This document shows positions 39,878 to 49,889 of a DNA stretch of 64,000 nucleotides, one piece after another. This DNA is from a virus. How positions within the stretch are numbered: the first letter of the stretch is position 1; the number at the start of each line of letters is the position of its first letter. The DNA is taken from IMG/VR virus record IMGVR_UViG_3300042889_001061, positions 1 through 64,000 of that record. One strand, given 5' to 3'. Under the pieces are notes generated by a model that was given only the letters and a program-made list of their open reading frames with translations, did not search any database and was not told where the DNA came from. The position numbers and the translations under genes were made by a program.

Positions 39878-40634
39878 ACATTTATCAGGCTGGGATCTGC
39901 TAGTAGAAAGCAGACAGTATCGCTCAAACACAGCAGGTCTTAATCTGAGAAATGTCAGCGACTTTGCTTTTTTAGATTTGATTTCATTATTCATACTTCA
40001 AAATGAATACGAAACTGCACCAGTATCAAAGAACTATGCAGATAAAACCATAGGATATAGAAACTTTTTACGTCCTAGACTTGCTGGCACAGACTTATAT
40101 ACCAGTTTGAATATACTGGCTAATCCAGACAGTGTTTTCAGTAAAAAGATACGTCAAAATCCAGAGGCAGATGCCTTACTTAGATCAAAGCTGAAGGTAC
40201 ATACTCCCACTGTGAAACGTTACTTGGATTTATTAGCAGATGGAAGTTTAAGAAAAGAAGATGCCGCAGTATTGTTATTGCGTTTAGAGAAACAATTAAA
40301 CATAACAGATAGTAAGTTAAAAAGTATTCGCCGATTAGCACAAGACTGGCCTGCTATCAATGACATGCAACGAGAATTAGTAGTTACACGTATGCTACAA
40401 TATTATCGTAAGTTTGCAAAACGCAGTGAAATGGCAGTGTTCCTAGAAGACATGGGTAAAACTAAAGGCTATAAGTTAAATGCTCCCGTAGATGCAGAAC
40501 TTGCTAATCTGGGCTACGGTGAAAAACCAGAACCTGGTAAAAAAGGATGGCTAGCAACATTAGCCCCTGCGGCAGGCTTAATAGCAGGATACAAGTTGGG
40601 CTATGCACTAACTGGTCCAAAAAACAAGCAGTAG
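39864..40634 (+). CDS. Putative virion protein
   Basis: In late operon; C-terminal hydrophobic Gly/Ala segment. Confidence 0.55.
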   Translation: MEEFEHLSGWDLLVESRQYRSNTAGLNLRNVSDFAFLDLISLFILQNEYETAPVSKNYADKTIGYRNFLRPRLAGTDLYTSLNILANPDSVFSKKIRQNPEADALLRSKLKVHTPTVKRYLDLLADGSLRKEDAAVLLLRLEKQLNITDSKLKSIRRLAQDWPAINDMQRELVVTRMLQYYRKFAKRSEMAVFLEDMGKTKGYKLNAPVDAELANLGYGEKPEPGKKGWLATLAPAAGLIAGYKLGYALTGPKNKQ

Positions 40635-40714
40635 ATAGTATAATATCTTAAAAAGAAGATAAATAAACTTAAGAAAACAAAGTTTTCGAAGAAACAAATT
40701 AGGAGAATTTTATC

Positions 40715-40954
40715 ATGGCACAAAATGCAGCCCCATTTACAGCAATCGGACGTACCGTATTCATCAAGTCTTTCGCTAAGACAAATGCTACTCAAGCAGA
40801 ATTAAATGCTTTAGTACAAGCAGTTCAATTAACAAGTACAATCACAGCTATCGGCGATTTCACAGCCGGTACCAGCGATGTTGTTAACATGATCATCGAA
40901 GGTGCAGACGTTGGCGATCTAGCTGGTTTCACAGCTGGTAACGTAGCATTCTAA
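40715..40954 (+). CDS. Small abundant virion protein (possible decoration protein)
   Basis: Late promoter, AGGAG RBS, strongly biased codons, own terminator. Confidence 0.55.
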   Translation: MAQNAAPFTAIGRTVFIKSFAKTNATQAELNALVQAVQLTSTITAIGDFTAGTSDVVNMIIEGADVGDLAGFTAGNVAF

Positions 40955-40983
40955 TTTTTAGAGTGTAACTTTTTCGGGATGGG

Positions 40984-41020
40984 AAGCCGCTATACTTTTT
41001 GGTATAGCGGTTTTTCTTTT
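40984..41020 (+). terminator. Intrinsic terminator
   Basis: GCCGCTATAC/GTATAGCGGT stem followed by T run. Confidence 0.8.
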
Positions 41021-41069
41021 GACTATAACTTCTGTATTATATGGTTAAATACAGCATAGGAGAATTAAT

Positions 41070-41516
41070 ATGAGAAACACAACAGGACGTACAGGTGAAG
41101 TAATAGGTGGCAACATTGAATATTTTACTTGTTACACATTAGTAGATATTACAGATTCTGGCGTATATGATCCAACGGCAGGCAATAGTTATGAACAAGC
41201 ACAGAACTTAAATGTATTATTACAAGCAATTAGTTTAGGTAGTCAACCAATTCTATCAAGCGTAGAAAAGATTGTAGCTGCCGATCTAGCTGACTATGAT
41301 TTTGGCAGTGATTTTACTGGAAACCAAAATGTATGGATTTTACGTTTTGCCAGCGAAAGAGTTGGTAGTATTACCACTATATCATTGGTTAGAGATATAG
41401 ACGGTTTGCCTATCTATGATGATTTGGAAGAAACTGCGGTTTTTGATACAAATGTATTTGAAACCAATGCCGCAGATCAAAAGAACATATACTTTTATCG
41501 CAACGATAATCTATAA
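41070..41516 (+). CDS. Late hypothetical protein
   Basis: YTLVDIT..G, Q.QN...LLQ.ISL motif. Confidence 0.6.
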   Translation: MRNTTGRTGEVIGGNIEYFTCYTLVDITDSGVYDPTAGNSYEQAQNLNVLLQAISLGSQPILSSVEKIVAADLADYDFGSDFTGNQNVWILRFASERVGSITTISLVRDIDGLPIYDDLEETAVFDTNVFETNAADQKNIYFYRNDNL

Positions 41517-41609
41517 TTAAGATAAATACAGTACATAATTAGGCACCAGTCCATTGGCACAAACTTAGGCATTTGAGATAAGAATAAAAACACATTTTTA
41601 AGGAGTATT

Positions 41610-41921
41610 GTGTCAATGGCAACATCAGTAGAACGGCTAGGAATAGTCGAAACTAAGGTCGAGAATCTTAATGAGAAACTCGACGACTTAAAAGTAGACG
41701 TAAAAGACCTACACGATTGTCTAGATAAAACTAGAGACACTATCGAAGAAAAATTAGAACAGATGTATCAAGCCAGCTGTACTCAACATGCTGAAATGGC
41801 TAAAAAGATATCGGCTATGGAACGTTTTAAAGACAAATGGATTTATACATTTGCAGGCGGGATGGTAGTAGTAAGTTGGGCAAGCGCAAATACGGAAAGT
41901 ATTTTAGCAATATTAAAATGA
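41610..41921 (+). CDS. Coiled-coil protein with C-terminal membrane anchor (holin-like candidate)
   Basis: Heptad region then hydrophobic WIYTFAGGMVVVSW. Confidence 0.45.
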   Translation: MSMATSVERLGIVETKVENLNEKLDDLKVDVKDLHDCLDKTRDTIEEKLEQMYQASCTQHAEMAKKISAMERFKDKWIYTFAGGMVVVSWASANTESILAILK

Positions 41922-42223
41922 ATGAATTTGAAGTTATAGTTGAAGACACAGAAGAACCTTTAACTGAGGCTAAAAGAGTTTGGGCTAAACGCGGTAAAAA
42001 GCTAAAGCGCATGATTCGTTGTACTAGCGGTAAGAAAAAAGGTCGTACAGTTGCTAATGTTAGTGCCTGTAGTAAAGCGATAAATATGAAAAAGAGATTT
42101 ATGATGAGGCGAATTAGAAAACGCTTTAATGCTAAAATCGTTAGAAAATCAAAGAGAACAAAAGCATTTAATCCTTTGAGTAAACGATTGAAGACAATGA
42201 ATAAATCAACAAACGCAAGGTAA
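41918..42223 (+). CDS. Highly basic late protein
   Basis: Acidic leader to LTE, then K/R-rich body with RCTSG.KKGR.V. Confidence 0.6.
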   Translation: MNEFEVIVEDTEEPLTEAKRVWAKRGKKLKRMIRCTSGKKKGRTVANVSACSKAINMKKRFMMRRIRKRFNAKIVRKSKRTKAFNPLSKRLKTMNKSTNAR

Positions 42224-42230
42224 CAAATAT

Positions 42231-42656
42231 ATGGCAGATGATCGTAGTTTAACAGATATAATAAGATTCGCAGATCCCAGCGGAGAAATCAGTGATGCTG
42301 AAATTGCCAGTATTTCCAATTCACTGAAATTTTCAGAAGTATTAGATTTAATATCGTCTGTGAGTAAAGATAACATGGACTCTGCTAGAAACATTTTAAG
42401 TAAGCACGATCCTCGATTCAGTGTTGCCACAGAATATGCCGGTGCATCAGGCGCCCAAACCAGCGGATTTAAACCAATCAAACCCCAAGGCACAGTCGGT
42501 GCATTGCCTACTACTGCTAACAAGCCAACTAATCCAAATGGCCCTCAAGACTCAGAACAAGGTGATTTAGAAGCTATGGTCGCAGATCCGATGAACAAGA
42601 ATAAACCAGAAGTTAAGCAGATACAAAGTTTGCTACAAAGGTTACAGAATAGATGA
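42231..42656 (+). CDS. Hypothetical late protein
   Basis: ORF in operon. Confidence 0.55.
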   Translation: MADDRSLTDIIRFADPSGEISDAEIASISNSLKFSEVLDLISSVSKDNMDSARNILSKHDPRFSVATEYAGASGAQTSGFKPIKPQGTVGALPTTANKPTNPNGPQDSEQGDLEAMVADPMNKNKPEVKQIQSLLQRLQNR

Positions 42657-43048
42657 AAATCAATGACATTATTGCTGAATCATATACGGGTTTTACTGGA
42701 CGCATGAAGGACTTTGGCACTGTTAAACGCGGTGAAATTGATCAAAGTTTACCTAACGTTATGATTGAACCGCAATTAAGAAACACAGATACTTATATGC
42801 AGATGCGATACGGTATTGCATTGGCAGCGGCCGCTGCCCAGCGAGGAGAACAATTTGAACAGGAAAGTGCCTGGGCAGAAAACATCGGTATGGTAGGCTA
42901 TACTGATGCAGAAGTAGCACAGATCAAAGCTGCCGACAAGCTAATGGGTGTAAAGAGCATTAACTTGACTTCTAAAGGCAGTCAAGAACGCACCGATGTT
43001 AATTTGACAAGCCCTGTGGCTAGTGGATGGAAGAAGTTTGCAAAATGA
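42653..43048 (+). CDS. Putative head internal protein
   Basis: MKINDIIAE leader; SPVA near C-terminus. Confidence 0.55.
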   Translation: MKINDIIAESYTGFTGRMKDFGTVKRGEIDQSLPNVMIEPQLRNTDTYMQMRYGIALAAAAAQRGEQFEQESAWAENIGMVGYTDAEVAQIKAADKLMGVKSINLTSKGSQERTDVNLTSPVASGWKKFAK

Positions 43049-43260
43049 AAATAGTTGAACTAGCATCCGGCATTAAAACAATGATAACCAATGAGCAACA
43101 AGAACTCGTTAAGTTAGTCAAAGAACAAACACGAATCTCTAGAACAGACCTAGACGAACGTAAACAAAAAATAGCCGAACAAATGACAGGGCTAGGATTA
43201 TTAGATAGAATATATGATGAAGAAAACCAAGCAATTATCTACAAATTATTCAGTAGATAA
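43045..43260 (+). CDS. Small late protein
   Basis: MKIVEL start; coupled. Confidence 0.55.
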   Translation: MKIVELASGIKTMITNEQQELVKLVKEQTRISRTDLDERKQKIAEQMTGLGLLDRIYDEENQAIIYKLFSR

Positions 43261-43708
43261 AAAAGGCGCAGATAGGCTATCGTCAAAAGTGGCAGCAATG
43301 CTAGATGACGCTATACCTACTAACATATTAGGTATGTTAGTCACCATGAAAGAACAAGAACGCTGTCTGATATTTTATGATAGATATAGTTTAACTGTGC
43401 GTAGCAAAAACGATTACTCTATTCTAGATTTATATACTAAAGATATAATCTATGATAAAATAGCTTTATTTTCCAGTGCATTGCACATAATATTTGCTTT
43501 GCACAAAGGCATAACTAGGCAATCACCTACAGAAAATATAATATACGAACTAGATCAAGAATACTTTCGATGTTTAGAAAACATCAAATTTTATAGACAA
43601 AAGATGAATTCGGGTAATACTGAACTAATTCCGCTATTTGCAGACAGATTGACTGATGCTAAAGCAAGACTAGAAGAAACAAAAACCAAATTATCTAAAT
43701 CATATTGA
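43214..43708 (+). CDS. Hypothetical protein
   Basis: ORF in operon. Confidence 0.5.
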   Translation: MMKKTKQLSTNYSVDKKGADRLSSKVAAMLDDAIPTNILGMLVTMKEQERCLIFYDRYSLTVRSKNDYSILDLYTKDIIYDKIALFSSALHIIFALHKGITRQSPTENIIYELDQEYFRCLENIKFYRQKMNSGNTELIPLFADRLTDAKARLEETKTKLSKSY

Positions 43709-43732
43709 TAAATAATCTAAAGGATACCTATT

Positions 43733-44413
43733 ATGAATACCTCTGAAATTTTTAACCCTACACAACGTAAACAACGTGTAGTAGAAAACTTTTTAAATAG
43801 CCACTATGGCTTGAAATTAGCCGCACACGGTGATTCCGTTAAAGTACAATCATTAATTAGCAAACTAGTTATGGAAAACCATCAGATGGCAAGTACACGA
43901 GTTGGCTTTCAAAACGATGCTACTTATGTAAAGAATACGATGATTATCGAAGCACTTCGTCATATTCTTAAAGAGATTGGACCAATGCGCTCTACTCGTA
44001 GAATGAATGAACAAAGTGGTGAAGATTTGGCTCAAGCTGAACTTATCCTTGTTGCTCAAAACATGGTAGATGATCTACAAAAGATGGCAGAAGATGTTGC
44101 TCAAATGCAAACAGACGAACTAATGCCATTAGAAGAAAAAATGAAAACGACATTTGGTCAAGAACAAGGTACTGCGTTTGGCCAGTCTGCTGATCAATCA
44201 TTCGGTACATTGTTGGATGCAGTCAAGGCTGCTAAAGACGCTTTGAGTAATGCAGTTGCAGTTCTTAAAGGTGAAAGCCCGATGGGCGGCATGGGTGACG
44301 ATCTAAGCGGTGGCATGCCGGCTCCTGCAATGGAACCAACAGGCGACGAGTTTGGCATGGCTGATGCGGCAAGTGGTGAAGAAGAATTGCCAACTGGTCG
44401 CGAGTTGAAGTAA
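43733..44413 (+). CDS. Putative prohead core/scaffold-type protein
   Basis: Late promoter; helical, acidic Gly/Met/Pro tail ending GRELK. Confidence 0.5.
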   Translation: MNTSEIFNPTQRKQRVVENFLNSHYGLKLAAHGDSVKVQSLISKLVMENHQMASTRVGFQNDATYVKNTMIIEALRHILKEIGPMRSTRRMNEQSGEDLAQAELILVAQNMVDDLQKMAEDVAQMQTDELMPLEEKMKTTFGQEQGTAFGQSADQSFGTLLDAVKAAKDALSNAVAVLKGESPMGGMGDDLSGGMPAPAMEPTGDEFGMADAASGEEELPTGRELK

Positions 44414-44739
44414 TGCGTTTATACGAATTTGTCGACAGCGACGAACAAGTTTTGGGAATTATCAAGCCTTTGCTTTTACGAGCAAAGGCCGAAGGTGCTG
44501 TCTCTATTCCTACTAATCAATTAATTAATGATTTAAATGATTCTAGTATAACACCTGAACTATTAGTTCACATTCTTAACAAGCATAGAAAAGATTTAAA
44601 CAATATTATTACAACAGCTACATATGATTCGATTGTATTAAACAATAATGAAATTAAATCTATGACCAGTAATTATGATAAAGATGTTAATAAAATGAAA
44701 AGCACAGCACTGAAACAAGCAATGGATAAATTAAAATGA
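44413..44739 (+). CDS. Late hypothetical protein
   Basis: MRLYEF leader. Confidence 0.55.
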   Translation: MRLYEFVDSDEQVLGIIKPLLLRAKAEGAVSIPTNQLINDLNDSSITPELLVHILNKHRKDLNNIITTATYDSIVLNNNEIKSMTSNYDKDVNKMKSTALKQAMDKLK

Positions 44740-45056
44740 TAGCATCGATTATGTTAACTGCTACTCAAGCTAGAAGTAAAGCTCAAAATGACTTGGTCAT
44801 TTTCAACGAAGTTAGAGCCATTGAATTAGCCATTTTAACTGCCAGTGCCGCTGGCAGCTATGATATAACATTAGCTACTACTACTATGTCAACTAGTGTA
44901 CTATATGCCAATGTCTGGAAGGGTGTAATTTCCGACAGAGCAAAAGAAATCCAAATGTCAAGTATAATTAAGTATTTTACTGATTTGGGTTATAATGTTG
45001 AACGCAGATCCAATCCAGTTACTGGCACAACATTCGATTGGCAAGTTTACTGGTAA
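44736..45056 (+). CDS. Late hypothetical protein
   Basis: F..LGY.V.R......T..W...W C-terminus. Confidence 0.55.
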   Translation: MIASIMLTATQARSKAQNDLVIFNEVRAIELAILTASAAGSYDITLATTTMSTSVLYANVWKGVISDRAKEIQMSSIIKYFTDLGYNVERRSNPVTGTTFDWQVYW

Positions 45057-45099
45057 TATATAACTAGACTATACACTGATTTTAGTGTATAATGTGTAT

Positions 45100-45765
45100 A
45101 TGCTATTAAATCCAATTTACGAATACAAAAAACTCAATCGTGACGAAACTACAGGCAAGCGTCTTTATGCTTGCCCTGACGGAACAAAAGTTCCCAGCGT
45201 CACAACAGTGCTAGACTCGACCAAAGATAAAACATTCTTAATTGAATGGCGCAAACGTGTGGGTGATGCCGAAGCAACTCGTATTAGCACAGAGTCTGCG
45301 GGTCTGGGCACACTGATGCACACACATTTAGAATATCATGTACTAGGTAAAGAACGTCCACAAGGTAACAACCAAGTTCAGATACTGGCTCGTGACATGG
45401 CTGATACTATGATTAATCAAGCCTTCTGTGACATTGAAGAGGTATGGGGCATTGAAGCACCTTTATACTACCCCGGACTGTATGCAGGTACTAGTGATAT
45501 GATCGGAGTACATAAAGGAACTCCAGCAATCATTGACCATAAGACAACTAAAAAGCCTAAGAAGAGAGAATGGATCGAAGATTACTTTCTACAATGTTGC
45601 GCCTATGCATTGGCACATAATGAAGTACATGGTACTAATATTAAAAAATGTGTAATTAACATTATTGACCGAGATGCTAAACTACAACCATTTATCATAG
45701 AAGGCAACGAGTTTGATCACTACAGTGATCTCTGGGCTCAGCGTCTTGATCAGTATTATAAATAA
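45100..45765 (+). CDS. PD-(D/E)xK exonuclease (RecB/Cas4-like fold)
   Basis: PSVTTVL, GTLMH, AGTSD, IIDHKT, Y.LQ..AYA; sigma70 promoter 45065-45093. Confidence 0.85.
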   Translation: MLLNPIYEYKKLNRDETTGKRLYACPDGTKVPSVTTVLDSTKDKTFLIEWRKRVGDAEATRISTESAGLGTLMHTHLEYHVLGKERPQGNNQVQILARDMADTMINQAFCDIEEVWGIEAPLYYPGLYAGTSDMIGVHKGTPAIIDHKTTKKPKKREWIEDYFLQCCAYALAHNEVHGTNIKKCVINIIDRDAKLQPFIIEGNEFDHYSDLWAQRLDQYYK

Positions 45766-45772
45766 GCATCTA

Positions 45773-46225
45773 GTGGAAAACAATTTAAGCATCTGGTACA
45801 AGACTACTACAGAAAAAATCCTAGCTTGGAGAGAGCTAAGACAAAATGCTGTAGATATGTCAGTGGACGGTTTAATTGAAGCAGTCAATACATGGTGGAC
45901 ATTTTCACCGTGGGTACGTAAAACAATAGATCCTTACAAGCCAGAAACATGGCCCAGTCCTTGGGATATGATCAATCGTGGTGAATTTTGTCGCAGTGCT
46001 ATTGCATTGGGACAAGCATATACACTTTGGATAACTGCACCCAATAGCAATGTAGAGCTATGGTTGGTAAATAATTTCAGCGAAAAAGATGTACATCTAG
46101 TAGTAGTTATTGATGAGAAGACAGTGCTAAATTATACTCTAGGTCATGTATTGGGTATTGAAGAATGCGACTTTGAGACTTTAAACAAGATCGTCAAAAG
46201 CGATTTAGCCCACATTAAAATATAA
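45773..46225 (+). CDS. Transglutaminase/papain-like fold candidate, late
   Basis: WPSPWD...GEFCRSAIALG...HLVVVID..VLNY; TATAAATA upstream. Confidence 0.45.
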   Translation: MENNLSIWYKTTTEKILAWRELRQNAVDMSVDGLIEAVNTWWTFSPWVRKTIDPYKPETWPSPWDMINRGEFCRSAIALGQAYTLWITAPNSNVELWLVNNFSEKDVHLVVVIDEKTVLNYTLGHVLGIEECDFETLNKIVKSDLAHIKI

Positions 46226-46293
46226 CAGAATTATTACAGTGCAGAGTTAAATAGAATACTAAAATTAAAATAGCAGATAAGGAAAAGAATAGA

Positions 46294-48627
46294 ATGACAA
46301 CATCGGCCCGAGCCATCACTGTTATCAAGCGCAGTGGAGAAAAAGAAGAATTGATGATTGAAAAATGGCAGGCACAGATTACTAAAATATGTTCTGGAAT
46401 TGCTGATGTCAGTCAAAGTATGGTTGAAATCAAAGCACAGCCACAATTCTATGATGGTATTACCACACAAGAAATTGATGAGATTACACTACGAGCCATT
46501 GTTAACCTCATTGATGTAGAAGCCAATCCGGATATCGGACACACAAATTATCAATACGTAGCAGGCAAGCAACGTCTAAGTATGCTACGGAAAGATGTCT
46601 ATGGTAGTTATGAAGTACCACGCCTTTATGACATCGTTAAAAAGAATGTAGCAACAGGCCTTTATACTAGTGAACTTCTTGATTGGTACACAGAAGAAGA
46701 TTGGAACAAGATGAATGACATGCTTGACCACGAAAAGGACGAACAATATAGCTATGCGGCTATTGAACAACTTATTGAAAAATACTTAGTAAAGAATCGT
46801 AGTACGAAAGAAACATATGAAACTCCTCAAATTAGATACATGGTCGCCGCCGCTACTGTCTTTCATAAAGAAGAACCTAATGCGGCCCGTATGCGTTATA
46901 TCAAAGAATACTACAACGCTGCCAGTGATGGGCTATTTACTCTTGCTACTCCTGTTCTTGCTGGGCTTGGTACTCCTACGAAACAATTTTCATCTTGCGT
47001 TCTTATTAGATCAGATGATGATTTGGATAGTATTTTCGCGTCTGGTGAAATGATGGCCAAGTATGCCAGCAAACGTGCTGGCATTGGTTTAGAGATTGGA
47101 CGATTACGTCCTTTAGGAAGCCCTATTAGGGGCGGCGAAATCATGCACACAGGTATGATTCCATTTTTAAAGAAATGGTTTGGAGATTTACGTTCATGTT
47201 CACAGGGAGGAATTCGCAATGCAAGTGCTACTATCTTTTATCCAATCTGGCATCACCAGTTTGACGACCTTATTGTACTCAAGAACAACCAAGGAACAGA
47301 AGAAACCCGAGTCCGTCATATGGATTATGGGGTTGTGCTTAGTGCTCTATTCTGGAGACGATTCAAAAACAAAGAACAAATAACATTCTTTGATCCTAAT
47401 GAAGTGCCTGATTTATACCAAGCATTTTATTCTAACACAAAACTATTTGAAGAGCTTTATGTTAAGTATGAAAATACTCCGGGCCTTCGTACAAAAACAA
47501 TGTCAGCCGAAGAAGTATTCAAGTCTGGCATCTTAAAAGAACGCACAGATACAGGACGTATCTACTTAGTGTTCATCGACAACGTGATGAATCAAGGACC
47601 ATTTGATCCTGAGTATCACACCATTTACCAGAGTAATCTTTGCTGTGAAATACTTTTACCTACTAAGTCCTTTAAACGTCTGGATGACGATAGCGGTCGT
47701 ATCGCACTTTGCACCTTGGGCTCAATCAATTGGGGTGCGTTCCGTAACCCAGAAGACATGCGCCGTGCTTGCCGTATACTGCATCGTAGCCTCAACAATA
47801 TTCTTGACTATCAAGACTTTCTTTCCATCCAGTCTAAACTATCCAACGACGAAATCAGACCACTGGGAATCGGTATCACCAATCTCGCCTACTGGCACGC
47901 CAAGCGAAGCCTCAAGTACGGAGAACGAGACTCCTTGGCTGAAGTCAAGACGTGGATGGAACATCAAGCCTACTACCTAACTGAAGCCAGTGTAGAACTT
48001 GCCAAAGAACGTGGCAAGTGCTTAGGCAGTGATCATACTCGTTATGGACAAGGTACATTCCCGTGGGAACTACGTGCCAAAGGAGTGAACGAATTAACTG
48101 ACTTTGCTCCGGAACTTGATTGGGAGACATTACGCAGTCAAATGAAGGAACACGGTGTTCGCAATGCTACACAAATGGCTGTAGCACCAGTTGAATCTAG
48201 TTCAGTTGTTATTAATAGTACAAATGGTATTGAAATGCCCATGTCGTTAATTAGTACTAAAGAAAGTAAAGCAGGATCATTTACACAGGTTGTTCCTGAG
48301 TATCATAAACTAAAGAACAAGTATCAGTTAATGTGGGAACAAAAAGACTGTGACGGTTATTTAAAAACTGCCGCAGTTATTGCTGCCTACGTTGATCAAA
48401 GTATCAGTACCAACACATTCTACAATCCTGCTCACTTTGCAGATAGAAAAGTTCCTACAACGTTGATTGCCAAGAACCTGATGCAGAGTCATTACTGGGG
48501 ATTAAAGACATTTTACTATAGTTTGATTAACAAAGCAGGCAGTAAAGCAGTTGCAGAAGATGCACCCGCTATGTTAGAACCTATAAACTTTGATGACGAA
48601 GAAGACTGTGAAAGTTGTAAACTATAA
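46294..48627 (+). CDS. nrdA: Ribonucleotide reductase class Ia alpha subunit
   Basis: ATP-cone, QFSSCVL, SQGGIR, SNLCCEI, APVESSS, TFYY, C-terminal CESC. Confidence 0.97.
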   Translation: MTTSARAITVIKRSGEKEELMIEKWQAQITKICSGIADVSQSMVEIKAQPQFYDGITTQEIDEITLRAIVNLIDVEANPDIGHTNYQYVAGKQRLSMLRKDVYGSYEVPRLYDIVKKNVATGLYTSELLDWYTEEDWNKMNDMLDHEKDEQYSYAAIEQLIEKYLVKNRSTKETYETPQIRYMVAAATVFHKEEPNAARMRYIKEYYNAASDGLFTLATPVLAGLGTPTKQFSSCVLIRSDDDLDSIFASGEMMAKYASKRAGIGLEIGRLRPLGSPIRGGEIMHTGMIPFLKKWFGDLRSCSQGGIRNASATIFYPIWHHQFDDLIVLKNNQGTEETRVRHMDYGVVLSALFWRRFKNKEQITFFDPNEVPDLYQAFYSNTKLFEELYVKYENTPGLRTKTMSAEEVFKSGILKERTDTGRIYLVFIDNVMNQGPFDPEYHTIYQSNLCCEILLPTKSFKRLDDDSGRIALCTLGSINWGAFRNPEDMRRACRILHRSLNNILDYQDFLSIQSKLSNDEIRPLGIGITNLAYWHAKRSLKYGERDSLAEVKTWMEHQAYYLTEASVELAKERGKCLGSDHTRYGQGTFPWELRAKGVNELTDFAPELDWETLRSQMKEHGVRNATQMAVAPVESSSVVINSTNGIEMPMSLISTKESKAGSFTQVVPEYHKLKNKYQLMWEQKDCDGYLKTAAVIAAYVDQSISTNTFYNPAHFADRKVPTTLIAKNLMQSHYWGLKTFYYSLINKAGSKAVAEDAPAMLEPINFDDEEDCESCKL

Positions 48628-49277
48628 TGTTAGAAACAATTTGTGAAGTTTTAGAAGACGCTTATAAGCGTAACTGGATTACCAGCCGTGATGGTAACGT
48701 CAGCATCCGTCACCATGATCGTGATCACTTTTACATCACACCTTCGGGTGTGCGTAAGCAGACTCTGCAACCAGATCAGTTTAAAAAGATGGGTATCGAG
48801 AAAGGTTACTGGAACCAACCTCCTCAAATTTACTATGCAAGCAAGGAATTAGAGTACACTGATATTAGTGAAAAGTTAAAACCCAGCGGAGAACTTCCCT
48901 TGCACTTCGGCCTACAAAAAGAAATGGGTCAACACAGCAACGATGTGCGAGTAGTTGTACATGTTCATCCCACTTACTGTATTGCAGCCATGCACGCCGG
49001 CATAGATCTTAGTACTATCAGCGATGCATTTCCAGAACTCAATCGTTACACACGAGTAGCACCCAATGTAGGCGATGTGCCTCCTATCAGTCAAGAGCTT
49101 GCCGATCAGTGTCATAAGAATCTACAGTTAGATGATCTTGGTAATATTGCCTATGATATTGTAGGTATCAAAGGTCATGGTGTTGTGGCCATTGATACAA
49201 GCCCGTGGCGGGCATACGAGCATATCGAACGATTAGAACATATTTGCCGGATAGTACTGGCCAGCGGAAAATATTAA
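48627..49277 (+). CDS. Class II aldolase/adducin family protein
   Basis: GNVS, ITPSG, PSGELPLH, VHVHP, GHG. Confidence 0.85.
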   Translation: MLETICEVLEDAYKRNWITSRDGNVSIRHHDRDHFYITPSGVRKQTLQPDQFKKMGIEKGYWNQPPQIYYASKELEYTDISEKLKPSGELPLHFGLQKEMGQHSNDVRVVVHVHPTYCIAAMHAGIDLSTISDAFPELNRYTRVAPNVGDVPPISQELADQCHKNLQLDDLGNIAYDIVGIKGHGVVAIDTSPWRAYEHIERLEHICRIVLASGKY

Positions 49278-49889
49278 ATGACAGTGTTGCCCCAGCTGGG
49301 TGATGTAGATGTATTTGACAGCATAGCCATCGATGATCTTTGGTGTGTGGATAAACTAATCTTATCAAAAAAATTAGGTTATACATGTGGGCCTGCAGGT
49401 ATATCGCCCCCAGCGCCTAGACAATATGTAGTGCGTCCTATTGTAAATCTAAAATCAATGAGTGTTGGTGCCACAATACAATATCTAGATTCAGATTCGA
49501 TTCCAGATGGTTATTTCTGGTGCGAGCTGTTTGCTGGCCGTCATATGAGTTTTGATTACCACTGGGGCAAACAAACACTGGCAGTGGAAGGATTTAGAAC
49601 AGATCCACTACGCTTGGACAGATTTAGTCAATGGACAAAAATCAACGAAGTATTTGCATTGCCAGATGTACTGCAAACAGTTGCAGACCGCAATGAGTGG
49701 TTGAATGTGGAAGTGATAGGTGATAGGGTAATTGAAGTACATTTTAGATACAATGATGACTTTGCCAATCATGATGCCGCTACTATCGTACCAGTCTGGC
49801 GCGACGAGTTTTACCCCAGTCCCGCAGGTGATAGACTGGGATTTATATTAAAAGATAATATCGAATTAACAAAACAGGATAACAAATGA
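49278..49889 (+). CDS. Truncated ATP-grasp-like protein
   Basis: DKL, YVVRP, FWCELF.G.H.S.D, NVE.IG...IEVHFR. Confidence 0.5.
   Translation: MTVLPQLGDVDVFDSIAIDDLWCVDKLILSKKLGYTCGPAGISPPAPRQYVVRPIVNLKSMSVGATIQYLDSDSIPDGYFWCELFAGRHMSFDYHWGKQTLAVEGFRTDPLRLDRFSQWTKINEVFALPDVLQTVADRNEWLNVEVIGDRVIEVHFRYNDDFANHDAATIVPVWRDEFYPSPAGDRLGFILKDNIELTKQDNK

Noticed and set aside
45100-45765. Cas4 / CRISPR system
   Set aside because: No four-Cys cluster motif, no other cas genes and no repeat-spacer array seen in the window; it is a common phage exonuclease.
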